From positions 1 to 64,000 of the IMG/VR virus record IMGVR_UViG_3300044712_000538: DNA of 64,000 nt, one strand, 5' to 3'. The DNA is from a virus. Shown here piece by piece: positions 45,601-52,630 of the stretch (position 1 is the first letter of the stretch; every line of letters begins with the position of its first letter). The translations under genes were made by a program, and so were the position numbers. Below the pieces are notes generated by a model. The model was not told the DNA's origin. It did no database searches and was given only the letters and a program-made list of their open reading frames with translations.

Positions 45601-46989
45601 GCCATGTGGGATCGCCAGGTTAAGGGGAAGCATAAAAACATTGCATTCCGGAAGCGGGTGTATGAGATACTGGAGGCCAAGGCTACCGAAACAGAAGAGG
45701 GTGCCCGCATTATGCATGACGCGGCCGCAAGGGCTTCAAAGGTTACATACAATTTCCCTCCAAAAGGATTGTTTACCAGAACGATGTACGATGTTCTAAT
45801 CTATGCCAGCGAGAAAGTCCTTCCGTTCAAGTTCTTTGTTCCGTTTGTCCGGATTGTTTCCAATCTGGTTGACAATATGATCAATTACTCGCCTGCAGGA
45901 TTTGTAACGCCGCTTATCTCTTATGCCAAGCCAAGCGCAAATACCACAAAGGATGAAAAGGGAGCAAGGCCTTTAACCGATGAAGAGCGTACGGAGGTAA
46001 TGATTAAGGCGATGATCGGAACTATTACATGGGTATTCCTTTACAATCTGGCCGTCCCGGACGGGGACGATGACGAGCCGTGGTTTTCTATTACCGGTGC
46101 TGGTCCATCCGACCAGGCGAAGGTATATGAGGCCCAAGAAACCGGCTGGAGGCCATACTCTATCCAGACAAGGGATGGAGAAACCATATCCTACAAGGCT
46201 ACTCCGTTTTTCGCCCTTCTTGCTTCCATTGGTGCCATATCCGATGAAATGAAGTTTGGCAAAAAGGATATATCCGAGAAGGATATATGGGACAAAATGG
46301 CTATCTCGGCATCTGGATTCGTAAAGTCTATTTTTGATAACTCTTGGATGCAGGGGCTTGATGAGTTGCTTAATTCTGCCAAAGCAGAAAACCGGTTTGG
46401 TAAGTTGGATTTCAACGTGGTTGACAAGGTTACAAAAAAAGGTGTTGATGTGGCTGGCGCTTTTGTTATGTCTAACCTGTCGAAGCAGATCGTAAGGATG
46501 CACGACCGGATTACCGAAACGCCAATGAAGAAAGCAGAAACGCCATATGAGCGAATTATAACCAACATGCCGATTGTTCGGAATGTTCTTCCGCATGAGA
46601 TAACCAATGTTTGGGGAGATCCTGTTGTGAACGAAACATATCTCGGGTTCCTTCCCCTGAGGGCCCAGGTAACAGAAAAGGATGACGTAATCTCCCTGCT
46701 GGTTAAAAACGGCGTTTGGATTGGCCGACCCAGGAACAATAAGGAGATTTATGACGGTGATGTACTTCGCCCGCTGACCAACGATGAATATTACAGGTAT
46801 TACGTTCTGGCATCACAAAAGCTGAAGTCCATGCTGAATGACCGGGAAACTATTGAGTACATAACCGAAATGGACCGCGAGGGAAATTCGGACGCGATAA
46901 AGACATTCATTCAATCTCGCAAGCAGAATGCCAACCAGGAAGCATTTATGGAACTGTTTGGCAATAGCGGAATAAATTCAGAGTGGTAA
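33655..46989 (+). CDS. giant DarB-like polyvalent virion protein: N6-adenine MTase + Strawberry-notch SF2 helicase + zincin + helical C-terminal domain
   Basis: QQYSTP, LEPTAGNG, NEID, ANPPFG (about 38160-38710); GDQTGVGKGR, DESH, LSAT.AKRP, QKRGRIDRVGQ (about 39500-41200); HELLH at 43174. Confidence 0.9.
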   Translation: MPDWREQLLSDISKIKDRDAVLKKYPQLKGDKKMLQSLYSWNNAKASGIPPTDLDEMYPEVKSFLIQPDAAPAPQPGATVPPQKTVPVKPVQTVPAPAANTPKPFQQLEASIQKHATIAKAIPEKGWGEDLTKKILGGIYPNVGNTKSAQHREMMIAEADKALSEKKSLIEKTKPLIDEVAKWFSQDYQTAKKKYTVDGTDMGEIREDVVRAEARNWAKRYGGGSGVEEILFASALGAIQVEQVKPKYEAELKSLYKQKYGKDMPTEKEADLFQNAIVSAAKDQVNKQIEKSSQELKLKVSQTWDEQFRKQLDDSAKRFGSDSPEYKNQFAQSVAAIGKLEKQWRQKEIARIERIKSELEAGLKKKIESFNAEEQMRIGAISDEAYKKASQAYSEAKGEKKYREVAAASDFFGKSQLNIGFNRALTGRLLYGVASLGDYLASEGYQSAAIDWMRSMATTGGELDVPDLKLGFDRNLAMALATRTGGGIGSSAVPMGAAMLTMNPLAGALVSYKMETAMMEADIWKERMMAGDPEAKQKADKAGAQTAILLPLYVLEMDRLFAGMKKGGWVNKALNIYAPELAQEVPTEYWQQYLQAKSSGFKGDFADFVAEDKGNIALETAIATIGMSTVFASMGKSTEAVGRALGPKAKDQAIISLAQRTQMAPVDFVPTPSPYKGPDNDPAAPAAPAGTAQAVDPQAATPSVSPITMVNAALEQAWMNGEMSDEQLVDEKKHAEMILAKQDELAKLGLEPDMIRHYIGLQAEMVYLQNQMAAAKDPVLQAKFEKDIAAIQTQMAKVIDDKIEETIFSVTTPFGDTYTATEKELDEIMNNPLFGAPEDLVITPIKGRLTPDEQKVADALAGAKLPDGLSDMSVEKLVQKFAGSKDFNEQREAIKMYRDQLNDPLGPTPRKQMIAAFGQDLADQVAPLPFGEVDKKEVGEKQFKNVTERLKSREPESFEEEVLQGFLRDLRFSSEDFTRYAGFGGNSRLTGDKIGGREMRQYAMKRLRKKSEGGIPIDKYVLQLAEKWGIPQGQETDYINTVIDLILEHPGQASVISRLEALQSGAKTQEEYDAWLERKYGNAQAAKDALDAMDDDLTEDVNDVIEKIDQITDEEAESIADGAMNNFIDENGNIDLSAIKTFLASDEFNAMPEKVKSIIKEVTNGLDQAETDTQDDGNTDSSEEEDQDEEETPEELKDAYQTENYNDLVKAWESGNKIYAVSEQDEAPTPVTSWEMLNNYPLDALWIVDQQAESQSENVVAPKKETKAKVRQETKTKLADETKKALDDFLDAFDELGNLGFAYDPEEQAKKQFKLYTAGAKFVAAMAKQGIYQFKDMVLTLAEKMGEIPGELFQALKKAYAMAYADDETGLMEDPKTLRTLTLEDILAEKDDSNELSGIEAFKEAFHKNLFSLWADLSINPDANPRPSNIIDLRNMAVEANWTGENGLPATDNEIFEAVESVLIRFSREIVAMSKDNQKVMKNLMTLYKVQPTISMRDSDRVMLQQYSTPIPYAYAAGVWMKNQNKYLEPTAGNGLLTVALDPSKVDVNEIDKTRFDMLADQGFSSVSSRDALEGFSGKYDGIIANPPFGSTDKITTQDGYPISELAQRIVYESLKTLTTDGKASFVIGGHTEYDEKGIMKGRDRFFFNYLYDNFNVVDVINVAGDLYGKQGTTYPTRLILIDGRRNVEGSPRKETRHAPMKSVKGFETVGLQAPDDAVISSYPELLNRVLKPKDYGQQIDIPSGMDTDKGSGNNIPGNRPGGRNQGGSGGRNTSGTVSKPGKGVSQGGARPPVSGNLFAGSDVQKPSESKSGRAGNNGNAAVFEGQGNALPPGAGPRPAVRPEVGRTNLQGRNAPDAGGSFAGVRNVSIENLSSENVEYIPSSNMQFEVGTVIPPKMAVEVYRHQDMLIEMYGNLADFVQSELEYEPDEFAAAFSSEQVDALAMAIHKAKMGSAMIIGDQTGVGKGRIAAGMVRWAVINGYKPVFITAKADLFSDFWRDLKDTFNAHLRYFIVNNQTPVTEYHLDESGDEVPVDIFRSPEKSNPDYKKILFNESENSQDSFDFVMATYSQFSGKKMADKIGFMKGMLKRGFFIMDESHWASGDSNTGELFREMTSSADAGLFLSATFAKRPDNMPVYATKTAMKDTGLDDEALADAILYGGPALQEAVAAQLSESGEMIRRERDFKGVEIDYIPLDKEGESWGVKDQSEYHWDVSRRMSEMMMDIIHFQRHHIRPYLDGIREAVKESNPEMSITNTPFASKVFNINKQMLLALKADASVDLAIKELKEGKKPVISLSYTMESFLSEELAVGDVVPRFDFSSILIKGLEGTLKTRTQNGWGKVTTSKIDIASLPEESQAAYWSLVKKIKDNTIDLNASPIDHITHRLEKAGYSVGELTGRQTRLVPVEDGGWAMTKFKKRNKIDLVKKFNSGKIDVIIMNRSVAQGISMHASSKFSDQRQRVMIITEPELDVNDEIQKRGRIDRVGQVVRGAYRYLVSSIPAEQRLMMMFKKKVASLDANAKTTQTNKANEVKVVDFLNKYGDQIVVDYLFENAALNDEILDPLKISDQIFSGERDYKPQSGDAHKVTGKVALLSPEKQKQFYDDISNRYTDLMNSKLATGEWDLESEVMKLNAEKISSNILIEGNNNSPFSRDVILDEYEIDVPRVPIKKEELIKMVNDEKAGNDVADYTAEIIDRVEEFYEKRKEAIKEDITKNLLEKRILIVNTIRAKMTEKNAPAEEIERAVKEAEERNDYEREEKIRAEFAKANSYKDRLTRFARFFYPGRSVRFPVGEGKNMVTHPAVFVKISFSEKGISESDSIYRLSPSGVKFHFAVDSEIVRDQRPATSNDWLYEAMMNSQMDFENNLDNWGKFSGGLRRKASIVSGNLLKGYGTVKVGRVVNFTTSENDIAKGILMPFGATAGEGFKGKRIVPISKAISILLGQRGAVSLGKDGFSLSFYGKIMSIIVPKSRKEGGVIFTNKEILDITGPFYQNGGSMIQEVNGESSAKKVGEVLTKLGFTAVIDEKHLPKSDGNISKLVSAPAGQQVIPSRVPEEYISSTPISLEDMGIGPNDTAGEIVDKMISYGGPFTEILKFIRALPGFKDISIQQVESLDANHPVRKVIGALASDASGVYFNMKDRPDTIVTEIAGKPIQGIVAINQGKTNNAYYTLTHELLHFLTIDGIDSKDPEVKKKLKKLEDIYLFMRSKRDRWLMDAMESSSQLPGGDKMPGKNVELAGAQKELDGALRELESAKKAFDAKRKELDKGIVADQTDLFGNRKSDTGNSLFDERASQSGRDAAMKPFRDRLNKAESEANRLRKKVEGLLASGGVSQGDLFSAFGFGLQESYGFTNFREFMVELLMNPMFRANISNIAARSEMEFANAIWAGADPDKRSILAMIKDYIRSLFKSIFGKSSVNLNSPLVDQAVTLAEDIFFSGESIVDRVYDTEAGNYFTIYSNYNSGRSSRGPASKTLSFFPGSGGQDTDFILKNYIARKVVEGILSDATILNVVQRQGMDPVQAKQIIDQYRKNPPGKKAMAKLSTLARAEKVGPVEDGEKERKLNRMIPVFDPKGIERINEHATRYLPKSMKVSMEEADKFIVNIPTQDLKDFATNVHSVLNTLPIDVQTAIRIAAILRMQSEVTLLRAQGDHAQADRVSEDSAEIWNHMTPLSTELGRAVNLYKRLISDPAFSKMSIQNKFRAFVAMAEKAIGRKLTDGEKKKLFEMFQAWDAAPDGIGKQIAMAKIMAYINTLRPINLWDLLTNIWYSKILSGPATHFTNLFSNIFNGPMEMFVQSLAIGKKYKSNPGKIAFDLTKAWFSGIRKGYVESRHIMIYGPTKEESTKLYQNHLMEELDWTKANIPSFWKKVLNSPVLLSFNPKILKYVGRMLAAEDAMLQNAGEHSFAEVLAYLEAAKSNKGADKKLLKQMAQAMVASDSISYAKAQQQALDEAVAALDMLRDMRSEAEIAGNMAEVKAISREIAMWDRQVKGKHKNIAFRKRVYEILEAKATETEEGARIMHDAAARASKVTYNFPPKGLFTRTMYDVLIYASEKVLPFKFFVPFVRIVSNLVDNMINYSPAGFVTPLISYAKPSANTTKDEKGARPLTDEERTEVMIKAMIGTITWVFLYNLAVPDGDDDEPWFSITGAGPSDQAKVYEAQETGWRPYSIQTRDGETISYKATPFFALLASIGAISDEMKFGKKDISEKDIWDKMAISASGFVKSIFDNSWMQGLDELLNSAKAENRFGKLDFNVVDKVTKKGVDVAGAFVMSNLSKQIVRMHDRITETPMKKAETPYERIITNMPIVRNVLPHEITNVWGDPVVNETYLGFLPLRAQVTEKDDVISLLVKNGVWIGRPRNNKEIYDGDVLRPLTNDEYYRYYVLASQKLKSMLNDRETIEYITEMDREGNSDAIKTFIQSRKQNANQEAFMELFGNSGINSEW
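38861..39259 (+). CDS. probable nested gene (+1 frame) inside the giant protein linker
   Basis: 132-aa L/E/A-rich globular-looking ORF spanning the G/S/N-rich linker between the MTase and helicase domains. Confidence 0.55.
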   Translation: MANKLIFHPEWTPTRDLATIFLATGPEDATKEDLVEEILPARYRNLAKEYLREGHDLQYLETYLPEATFRSHLSPNQVAQEIMVTPQFLRAKEMLYLQEPVPGLQLDRKLAGQIYRDATLLTLVEALQELEM

Positions 46990-47660
46990 TGACAGGACAC
47001 ACACAACTATGCAGTATCGATCCATTTGCTCCAGACTTTGAAAAAAAGGAGTCGGTAAATGGATTGTGTTCGATGGCAATGTCCATCTGGTCTGGATGGG
47101 TTATTGATGTATCCGGGGAGGATGATGCCGATCCTGGGCCCAATTCGGAGATAATTACCAAGTATGGACACATGCCGGAAACGGTTTTTGACCTATTGAG
47201 GTGGGTTATACTGGTCTATGATCCGAGGTCCCCGCTGGTAAAGGACTATCCGGATCTTCCGACCAGAAAGTTCAGGGCCCTTGTAGCTATTGGTATTGAC
47301 GAAAAGGAATCTGATTGGGACTGGCTGATCTTGAATCGGGACAAAGGGGTTACAACAATGATTACCGCATACATGCGGAATTATTGCAAAAGCCGATTGT
47401 GGGCAATGATTGTTGCCAATAACGAGGCTTTTTGGGAGTTCTTTTCTACGATGATCGAAAGGAATCAGGAAGGGGCCGATGACATGAATGGCGTAAACGC
47501 CAAGATTAAAACGTCCGACGGGATGGTTTCGCTTCTGGAGAAGATTGATAAGCAGATGAATGACTTTTATGGCGAGGATAAGGAAACCATAGCGGAAGGG
47601 GACGAAATGTTTATGAGCGTAGAAAAAATGGCCGATGTACTATCCAATAGAAAACGGTAG
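46989..47660 (+). CDS. hypothetical protein (possible small terminase subunit)
   Basis: TAATG-coupled and immediately before the large terminase. Confidence 0.6.
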   Translation: MTGHTQLCSIDPFAPDFEKKESVNGLCSMAMSIWSGWVIDVSGEDDADPGPNSEIITKYGHMPETVFDLLRWVILVYDPRSPLVKDYPDLPTRKFRALVAIGIDEKESDWDWLILNRDKGVTTMITAYMRNYCKSRLWAMIVANNEAFWEFFSTMIERNQEGADDMNGVNAKIKTSDGMVSLLEKIDKQMNDFYGEDKETIAEGDEMFMSVEKMADVLSNRKR

Positions 47661-49725
47661 CATATTCGAGGTCCAGGGACTTAAATGCAACGTGCCTCCG
47701 GTAGGGTACGTTTGGGATGTTATCTCTAATAAGCTTGTTCATACCGGTGTTTATAAAAGATCCAGTAAGCCGACTGAGCAATATTGGGAGCGGTTTGAAT
47801 TGCCTCCGTGGTTTAAGGATCGGCGCAAGAAGGAACTTCGGATGCAGGAAACGGACCCGAATTATTACGATCCGGATCTTGCTGAGATTATAAAAAGGGA
47901 ATGGTTCCGCAGGCTGAATGGATTTTGGTTCTGGAACTATAACCCAAACAAAAAGGAAAGCGAGCCGTGCTATATTACCGGGTCGCATTATTTCTATGTT
48001 CAATGGTGGTGCCTTGATACTGGATACCCTGATTTCCGGATAACAGACCTTGAATACTACTACTTTCAGGCATATTGCATTGCAGATCCGTACTGTCTTG
48101 GCATGATTGAGATCGCAAAGCGTAGGCACGGAAAGACGTTCAAGGGCGGTCTATTTATCTATGAGTACGTTTCCAGGATGAAAGAAGCCATCGGCGCACT
48201 TCAATCTAAAACAAACATTGATGGAAGAAAAGTATTCAGAAAAGCAATCGTTCGACCGTTTAGGAAATTACCATATTTCTTCCAGCCACACTATGACACA
48301 ACTACTGGTAAAAGCCCTCAGAAAGAACTTCGTTTCATGGCTGGCAACATTCGTGGTAAGCTGGCCGAAACAATTGATGATATTGATGAATTGAACTCCC
48401 ATATCGACTTTGGGCCGAGCGATGAAGAATACTATGATGGCCAGAAGATCCACCGATACCTTGGGGATGAGGTTGGGAAAACAAAGGTAGTTGACGTTTA
48501 TGAACGCCACCAGATTGTCCGGTATTGTCTTATGTCCCCGGACGGGAAGGTTCTTGGGAAATGCCTATATACTACCACGGTTGAGGATATGGGCAAGGAC
48601 CAGTTCTCCATTAAGAAATTCAGGAAGCTTTGGGACAACTCCAGCCAGTATGAGAAAGAGGAGAAGGGTCAGAAATGGACGAAGACGGGCCTTTATCGTT
48701 ATCTGGTAAAGGCGTACCGCTGCCGGCATGTTGACAAATACGGGTACGCCAATGAGAAGCTTGCGCTGGAAGAAATGATGGAGGAGCGCGCAATACATGC
48801 CGATGATCCTAAGGCGCTGAGTGCGCTTATCCGAAAGGAGCCTAATGATGAGGGAGAAGCTTTCCGGGTAGACGCTTCCAGGTGCCACTACAATCCGAAC
48901 ATCCTTTACAACAGGCGTGACTATCTTACCATCCACGATTCGTCAACATTCTATGTTCGGGGGAATTTTGCATGGAAGGACAATAAGCCGTTTACAGAGG
49001 TGGTTTTCAATAAAAACCCGAAGGGAAGATGGCGCGTTGCTTTATTGTTTGGCGACAGGAAAGAGGCGAATAATGTCCAAAAAAGAGGCAATTTGTTTTT
49101 CCCAGGGAATAAATTGCGATTCATAACGGGGGCTGACCCGTATGATCACGATATTACCGAGGATGATAGCCGGGCAAGTGATGGCGCAGGGGCTACCCTG
49201 CATCGGAATGACAGGAAGAGCCCGTATCATAAAGACTATGGAATGTCATTCGTGTGCATATACTTGGCAAGGCCGTCAAACGCTGACCTATATTACATGG
49301 ACATGATTCTCCAGTGCTGGTATTATGGATCTCCATTGATCTTTGAGAGCCAGAAGCCGGGGATCAAGAAGTTTTTTATTCGGCACCGGATGGAGCCCTT
49401 CTTGGTTATGGTTCCGGGATATTCTGATTACGGCATTCCTTCAACCATTGAGAACAAAAACGAGATAGTTTACGCTACGGAAAACCTTATCGATAATCAT
49501 TCTTCAAAGATATATTTCATCGAATGTATTGATGACTGGTTGGAATTTGACATAAAAAATACGAAGCCATTTGACTTGTCGATGGCAACAGGATGGGCGG
49601 CAGTAGGTGATAGCATTTTGTTGAGTACGGAAAAGAAGTATGATGATCTTGTTGATATACCTATGGTAAATTCCCTGGAAAGCTATTTCGATGAATTTGA
49701 AATACCCTCAATAAACAGAAGATAA
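47635..49725 (+). CDS. terL: terminase large subunit
   Basis: YITGSHYFY, KRRHGKT Walker A, YDGQK, DEVGK Walker B, GADPYDHD nuclease, D..MA.G. Confidence 0.92.
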   Translation: MYYPIENGSIFEVQGLKCNVPPVGYVWDVISNKLVHTGVYKRSSKPTEQYWERFELPPWFKDRRKKELRMQETDPNYYDPDLAEIIKREWFRRLNGFWFWNYNPNKKESEPCYITGSHYFYVQWWCLDTGYPDFRITDLEYYYFQAYCIADPYCLGMIEIAKRRHGKTFKGGLFIYEYVSRMKEAIGALQSKTNIDGRKVFRKAIVRPFRKLPYFFQPHYDTTTGKSPQKELRFMAGNIRGKLAETIDDIDELNSHIDFGPSDEEYYDGQKIHRYLGDEVGKTKVVDVYERHQIVRYCLMSPDGKVLGKCLYTTTVEDMGKDQFSIKKFRKLWDNSSQYEKEEKGQKWTKTGLYRYLVKAYRCRHVDKYGYANEKLALEEMMEERAIHADDPKALSALIRKEPNDEGEAFRVDASRCHYNPNILYNRRDYLTIHDSSTFYVRGNFAWKDNKPFTEVVFNKNPKGRWRVALLFGDRKEANNVQKRGNLFFPGNKLRFITGADPYDHDITEDDSRASDGAGATLHRNDRKSPYHKDYGMSFVCIYLARPSNADLYYMDMILQCWYYGSPLIFESQKPGIKKFFIRHRMEPFLVMVPGYSDYGIPSTIENKNEIVYATENLIDNHSSKIYFIECIDDWLEFDIKNTKPFDLSMATGWAAVGDSILLSTEKKYDDLVDIPMVNSLESYFDEFEIPSINRR

Positions 49726-49726
49726 T

Positions 49727-52126
49727 ATGGAGTACACAGGCAATAGTTCGGCTTACCCGGACCACAATATAGATCCAGAGAAAAAGGGTCATTCGTTCCA
49801 TCTTGATTATGCGAAAGCCATGTGGAACGATTCAATGAACTCGTTCCCGAATACAATATTCTACCACAATGCGGAGAACTATCGCCTGATCGACCAGTAC
49901 ATGACTGGAGATATTCCCATTGACAGGTTCAAAAAACTGCTGAATCAGGACGCGGACGCAAATACCAGCCCGCTGGCAATCGACTGGACACCCCGGAGAT
50001 TGTTTTCCAAGTTCAGGGACATTGGTATTTCAAAGATACTCCAGCGTGGATCGAATATCCGGGCTACCCCAATCGACGCTATCTCAAAGAATGAGATTGA
50101 TGATTACTATGCCGAAATGAAGGCCAAGATCGCCCTCCGGCAGGCCATGGAGAAGCAGGGGGCGGCTGAACTGGTTGATGGACCGGAACTGGCAAAGGGT
50201 GCCACAAATGAGCCGGAAACGCCCGAGGAACTGGAAATGCACATGGAGTACGACTACAAGCCTGGACTGGCGATGGAGTGCGAACTTGCCATCGATGTTA
50301 TTTTCAATGACAATAACATCCACACGGACCAGCGGGAATTTGCCGTTAAGCAGGCATTTGACTATGGTGTTGTTGGGTATTGCGATGGGCATGATAATGA
50401 CGGAAGGGTTACGGCATCTGCGGTTGACGTAAGGAGGATTATCACCAATTATTGCCGCAAGAAGGATTTCTCCGACATGATACATTGGGGGGAGGTCATT
50501 CGCGTTCGGATTGCTGATCTGGCCGACATGAGGAATGAGAAAGGAGAGCAGATCTTTAGCGTAGAAGATATAAAGGAAATCGAGAAAGTTAGTCAGATAC
50601 AAAGCATCAGGGATACCAGCGCGGGAGAAACAAACTCAATTGGACCGAATAAGGGCCATGTGTATGTGTTGCGGTATGAGTTTTTCACATGGAACACCCA
50701 GGTTTTCCGCAGGGATATTAACCCGGAAGGTAATTTCATTTTCAAGGATTCAAAGTACGAGAATAAGGACAAGCCGGAAACATTCATCATGGATGGGGTT
50801 GTTCACAAAAAGTACATTACTCGTACCAATCAGGCTATTTGCGAGGGATTCTGGATCATAGATAGCAATTTCGTCTATAACCATGGATTCCAGAAAAACA
50901 CTAAGCGTAGCCTTAATCCGCGATCCTCTACACGGACTTCCCTTTCCCTGCATCTAATGGCTGCAGATCTGGTAAACATGAAGGCCTATGGCATTGGTGA
51001 AAGGGCTATCCCGCTGATTGACGAATATCACCAGATAATTTTCAAGGCCCAAAACCTAAGAAACCGGATGATCCCGTCCGGGTATGACATTGATCTGGAT
51101 GCCCTGGAGGATGTTTCGCTTGTAAAAGGAGGCACCCCAATGCATCCAAAGGACGTACTGAAGTTCTTTTTCTCTACTGGCATATTGCTTTCGAGGAGAA
51201 GGGATGTGGCAGGCAACCAGAATGCGAATTACAAGGCGGTAAACGTCCTTCAAAATTCTATCGCAAACGATCTGGCGGCTTTATGGAACGACATTGCTAA
51301 TGTGGTAAACCAGATGCGGGACATTACCGGGCTGAATGAGCTTACAGACGGATCTACTCCGAATGCCAAAACGCTGGTCCCGGTTGCGAATATGGCCTAT
51401 GAATCAACAAACAATTCCCTGTATCTGTATGCCAACGCTGAAAAGAGGGCGAGAGAGCGCCTGGCTGCCGGCTGCGTCATGCGCCTGCAATCTTCCCTCA
51501 GGAGGGGTATTGTGTACGACGGGTATGCGTATTCTATGGGCCGTGAATCGCTGAGGTTTATCAAGATCTCCTCCGATGTTGGATTCCGGGAGTTTGCCAT
51601 CAAGCTGGAAGACCAGCCAACGGACGAGGAGCGCCAGTTGCTTGTCGCGGCCTTTACCGAGAAGAAGCAGCAGGGGTTGTTGACGGAAGAGGATGTGATT
51701 ACGATCATGGAAACGAAAAATCTCAAACAGGCTTACCGGCAAATGGCATACAAGATCCGGAAGCGGGAAGAGAAACTGCAGGCCCAAAAAGAAAGGGAGA
51801 TACAACTTAATGCTGAGGCCCAAAAAGAATCGAACATTGTCGCTGAATCGGAAAAAAGGAAAACGCTGAAAGATGAGATTGCAAAGAAAATGGCACTCCA
51901 GAAGCAAATCGACAACGCCAAGAGAAGGCTCCAGTATGAAAAGTTTCAGCAGGACGCATACATTAAGTGGCTGGAAATTTCCGGGAAAGATGGTAAGGAA
52001 ATTCCTGCCCCGCCGATGCCTGACCCGGTTTTACCGGAAGATGGAGAGGTTCCAGAAATAGGAGAGGAGGAAATGGCCGAAGGTGGATCTGAGGCCGAAT
52101 ACTCCGAAGAGGAGCCCATGATGTAA
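49727..52126 (+). CDS. portal protein
   Basis: 799 aa after terL; IDWTP...KF.DI, ITGLNE.TDGSTP...LV. Confidence 0.88.
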   Translation: MEYTGNSSAYPDHNIDPEKKGHSFHLDYAKAMWNDSMNSFPNTIFYHNAENYRLIDQYMTGDIPIDRFKKLLNQDADANTSPLAIDWTPRRLFSKFRDIGISKILQRGSNIRATPIDAISKNEIDDYYAEMKAKIALRQAMEKQGAAELVDGPELAKGATNEPETPEELEMHMEYDYKPGLAMECELAIDVIFNDNNIHTDQREFAVKQAFDYGVVGYCDGHDNDGRVTASAVDVRRIITNYCRKKDFSDMIHWGEVIRVRIADLADMRNEKGEQIFSVEDIKEIEKVSQIQSIRDTSAGETNSIGPNKGHVYVLRYEFFTWNTQVFRRDINPEGNFIFKDSKYENKDKPETFIMDGVVHKKYITRTNQAICEGFWIIDSNFVYNHGFQKNTKRSLNPRSSTRTSLSLHLMAADLVNMKAYGIGERAIPLIDEYHQIIFKAQNLRNRMIPSGYDIDLDALEDVSLVKGGTPMHPKDVLKFFFSTGILLSRRRDVAGNQNANYKAVNVLQNSIANDLAALWNDIANVVNQMRDITGLNELTDGSTPNAKTLVPVANMAYESTNNSLYLYANAEKRARERLAAGCVMRLQSSLRRGIVYDGYAYSMGRESLRFIKISSDVGFREFAIKLEDQPTDEERQLLVAAFTEKKQQGLLTEEDVITIMETKNLKQAYRQMAYKIRKREEKLQAQKEREIQLNAEAQKESNIVAESEKRKTLKDEIAKKMALQKQIDNAKRRLQYEKFQQDAYIKWLEISGKDGKEIPAPPMPDPVLPEDGEVPEIGEEEMAEGGSEAEYSEEEPMM

Positions 52127-52166
52127 AAAAAACTCCAAAAAAGGCGATCAGGTATTTACTGAGATA

Positions 52167-52174
52167 TAAATTTG
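52167..52174 (+). promoter_or_regulatory. Bacteroidota -7 promoter box for the capsid operon
   Basis: TAAATTTG matches TAnnTTTG. Confidence 0.5.
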
Positions 52175-52192
52175 AAACATAAAACCAAACAC

Positions 52193-52609
52193 ATGGACAA
52201 GTACATCAAGAAGTCCCGTACTGTTGTGGCTGCAGAACAAGTGGCTTTCACGGACGAAGAAAAAGAGGCCGTTCTCAGGAAGCAGAACGTGGCCAAATAT
52301 GGCGGCATCGTAAAGGTTACCCGCCCTGGCGATAATGGAGAGGATGCTTTCCATGTGGGCCTGTCGGTTGATTACTCTTTTGTGCTGGTTCCGGAAGGGG
52401 ACTACCTGGTTACAGATCTGGCTACCGGCAAGCGGTCTGTATGGGCAAAAGACCATTTTGAGAGGGAGTTTGAGCCCGAAACAAAGCCGGAAGAGTCTGA
52501 TCCTGTTACCGATGGCGAAGGTGGCGAAGGGGATGAGAGCGGCGAAGGGGATGGGGACGATCCAAAGGTAGAAGAGAAGACTTCTGGCAATAAAAAGAAG
52601 AATCAATAA
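52193..52609 (+). CDS. hypothetical phage protein
   Basis: KYIKK...V.AEQ...EGDYLV...KD.FE.EFE pattern plus an acidic tail. Confidence 0.65.
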   Translation: MDKYIKKSRTVVAAEQVAFTDEEKEAVLRKQNVAKYGGIVKVTRPGDNGEDAFHVGLSVDYSFVLVPEGDYLVTDLATGKRSVWAKDHFEREFEPETKPEESDPVTDGEGGEGDESGEGDGDDPKVEEKTSGNKKKNQ

Positions 52610-52630
52610 TCCAAACACATACACACAACT

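Noticed and set aside
46997-47041. ACACACACAACT-ATG leader opening a 10-codon ORF
   Set aside because: Out of frame with the TAATG-coupled gene and too short to support
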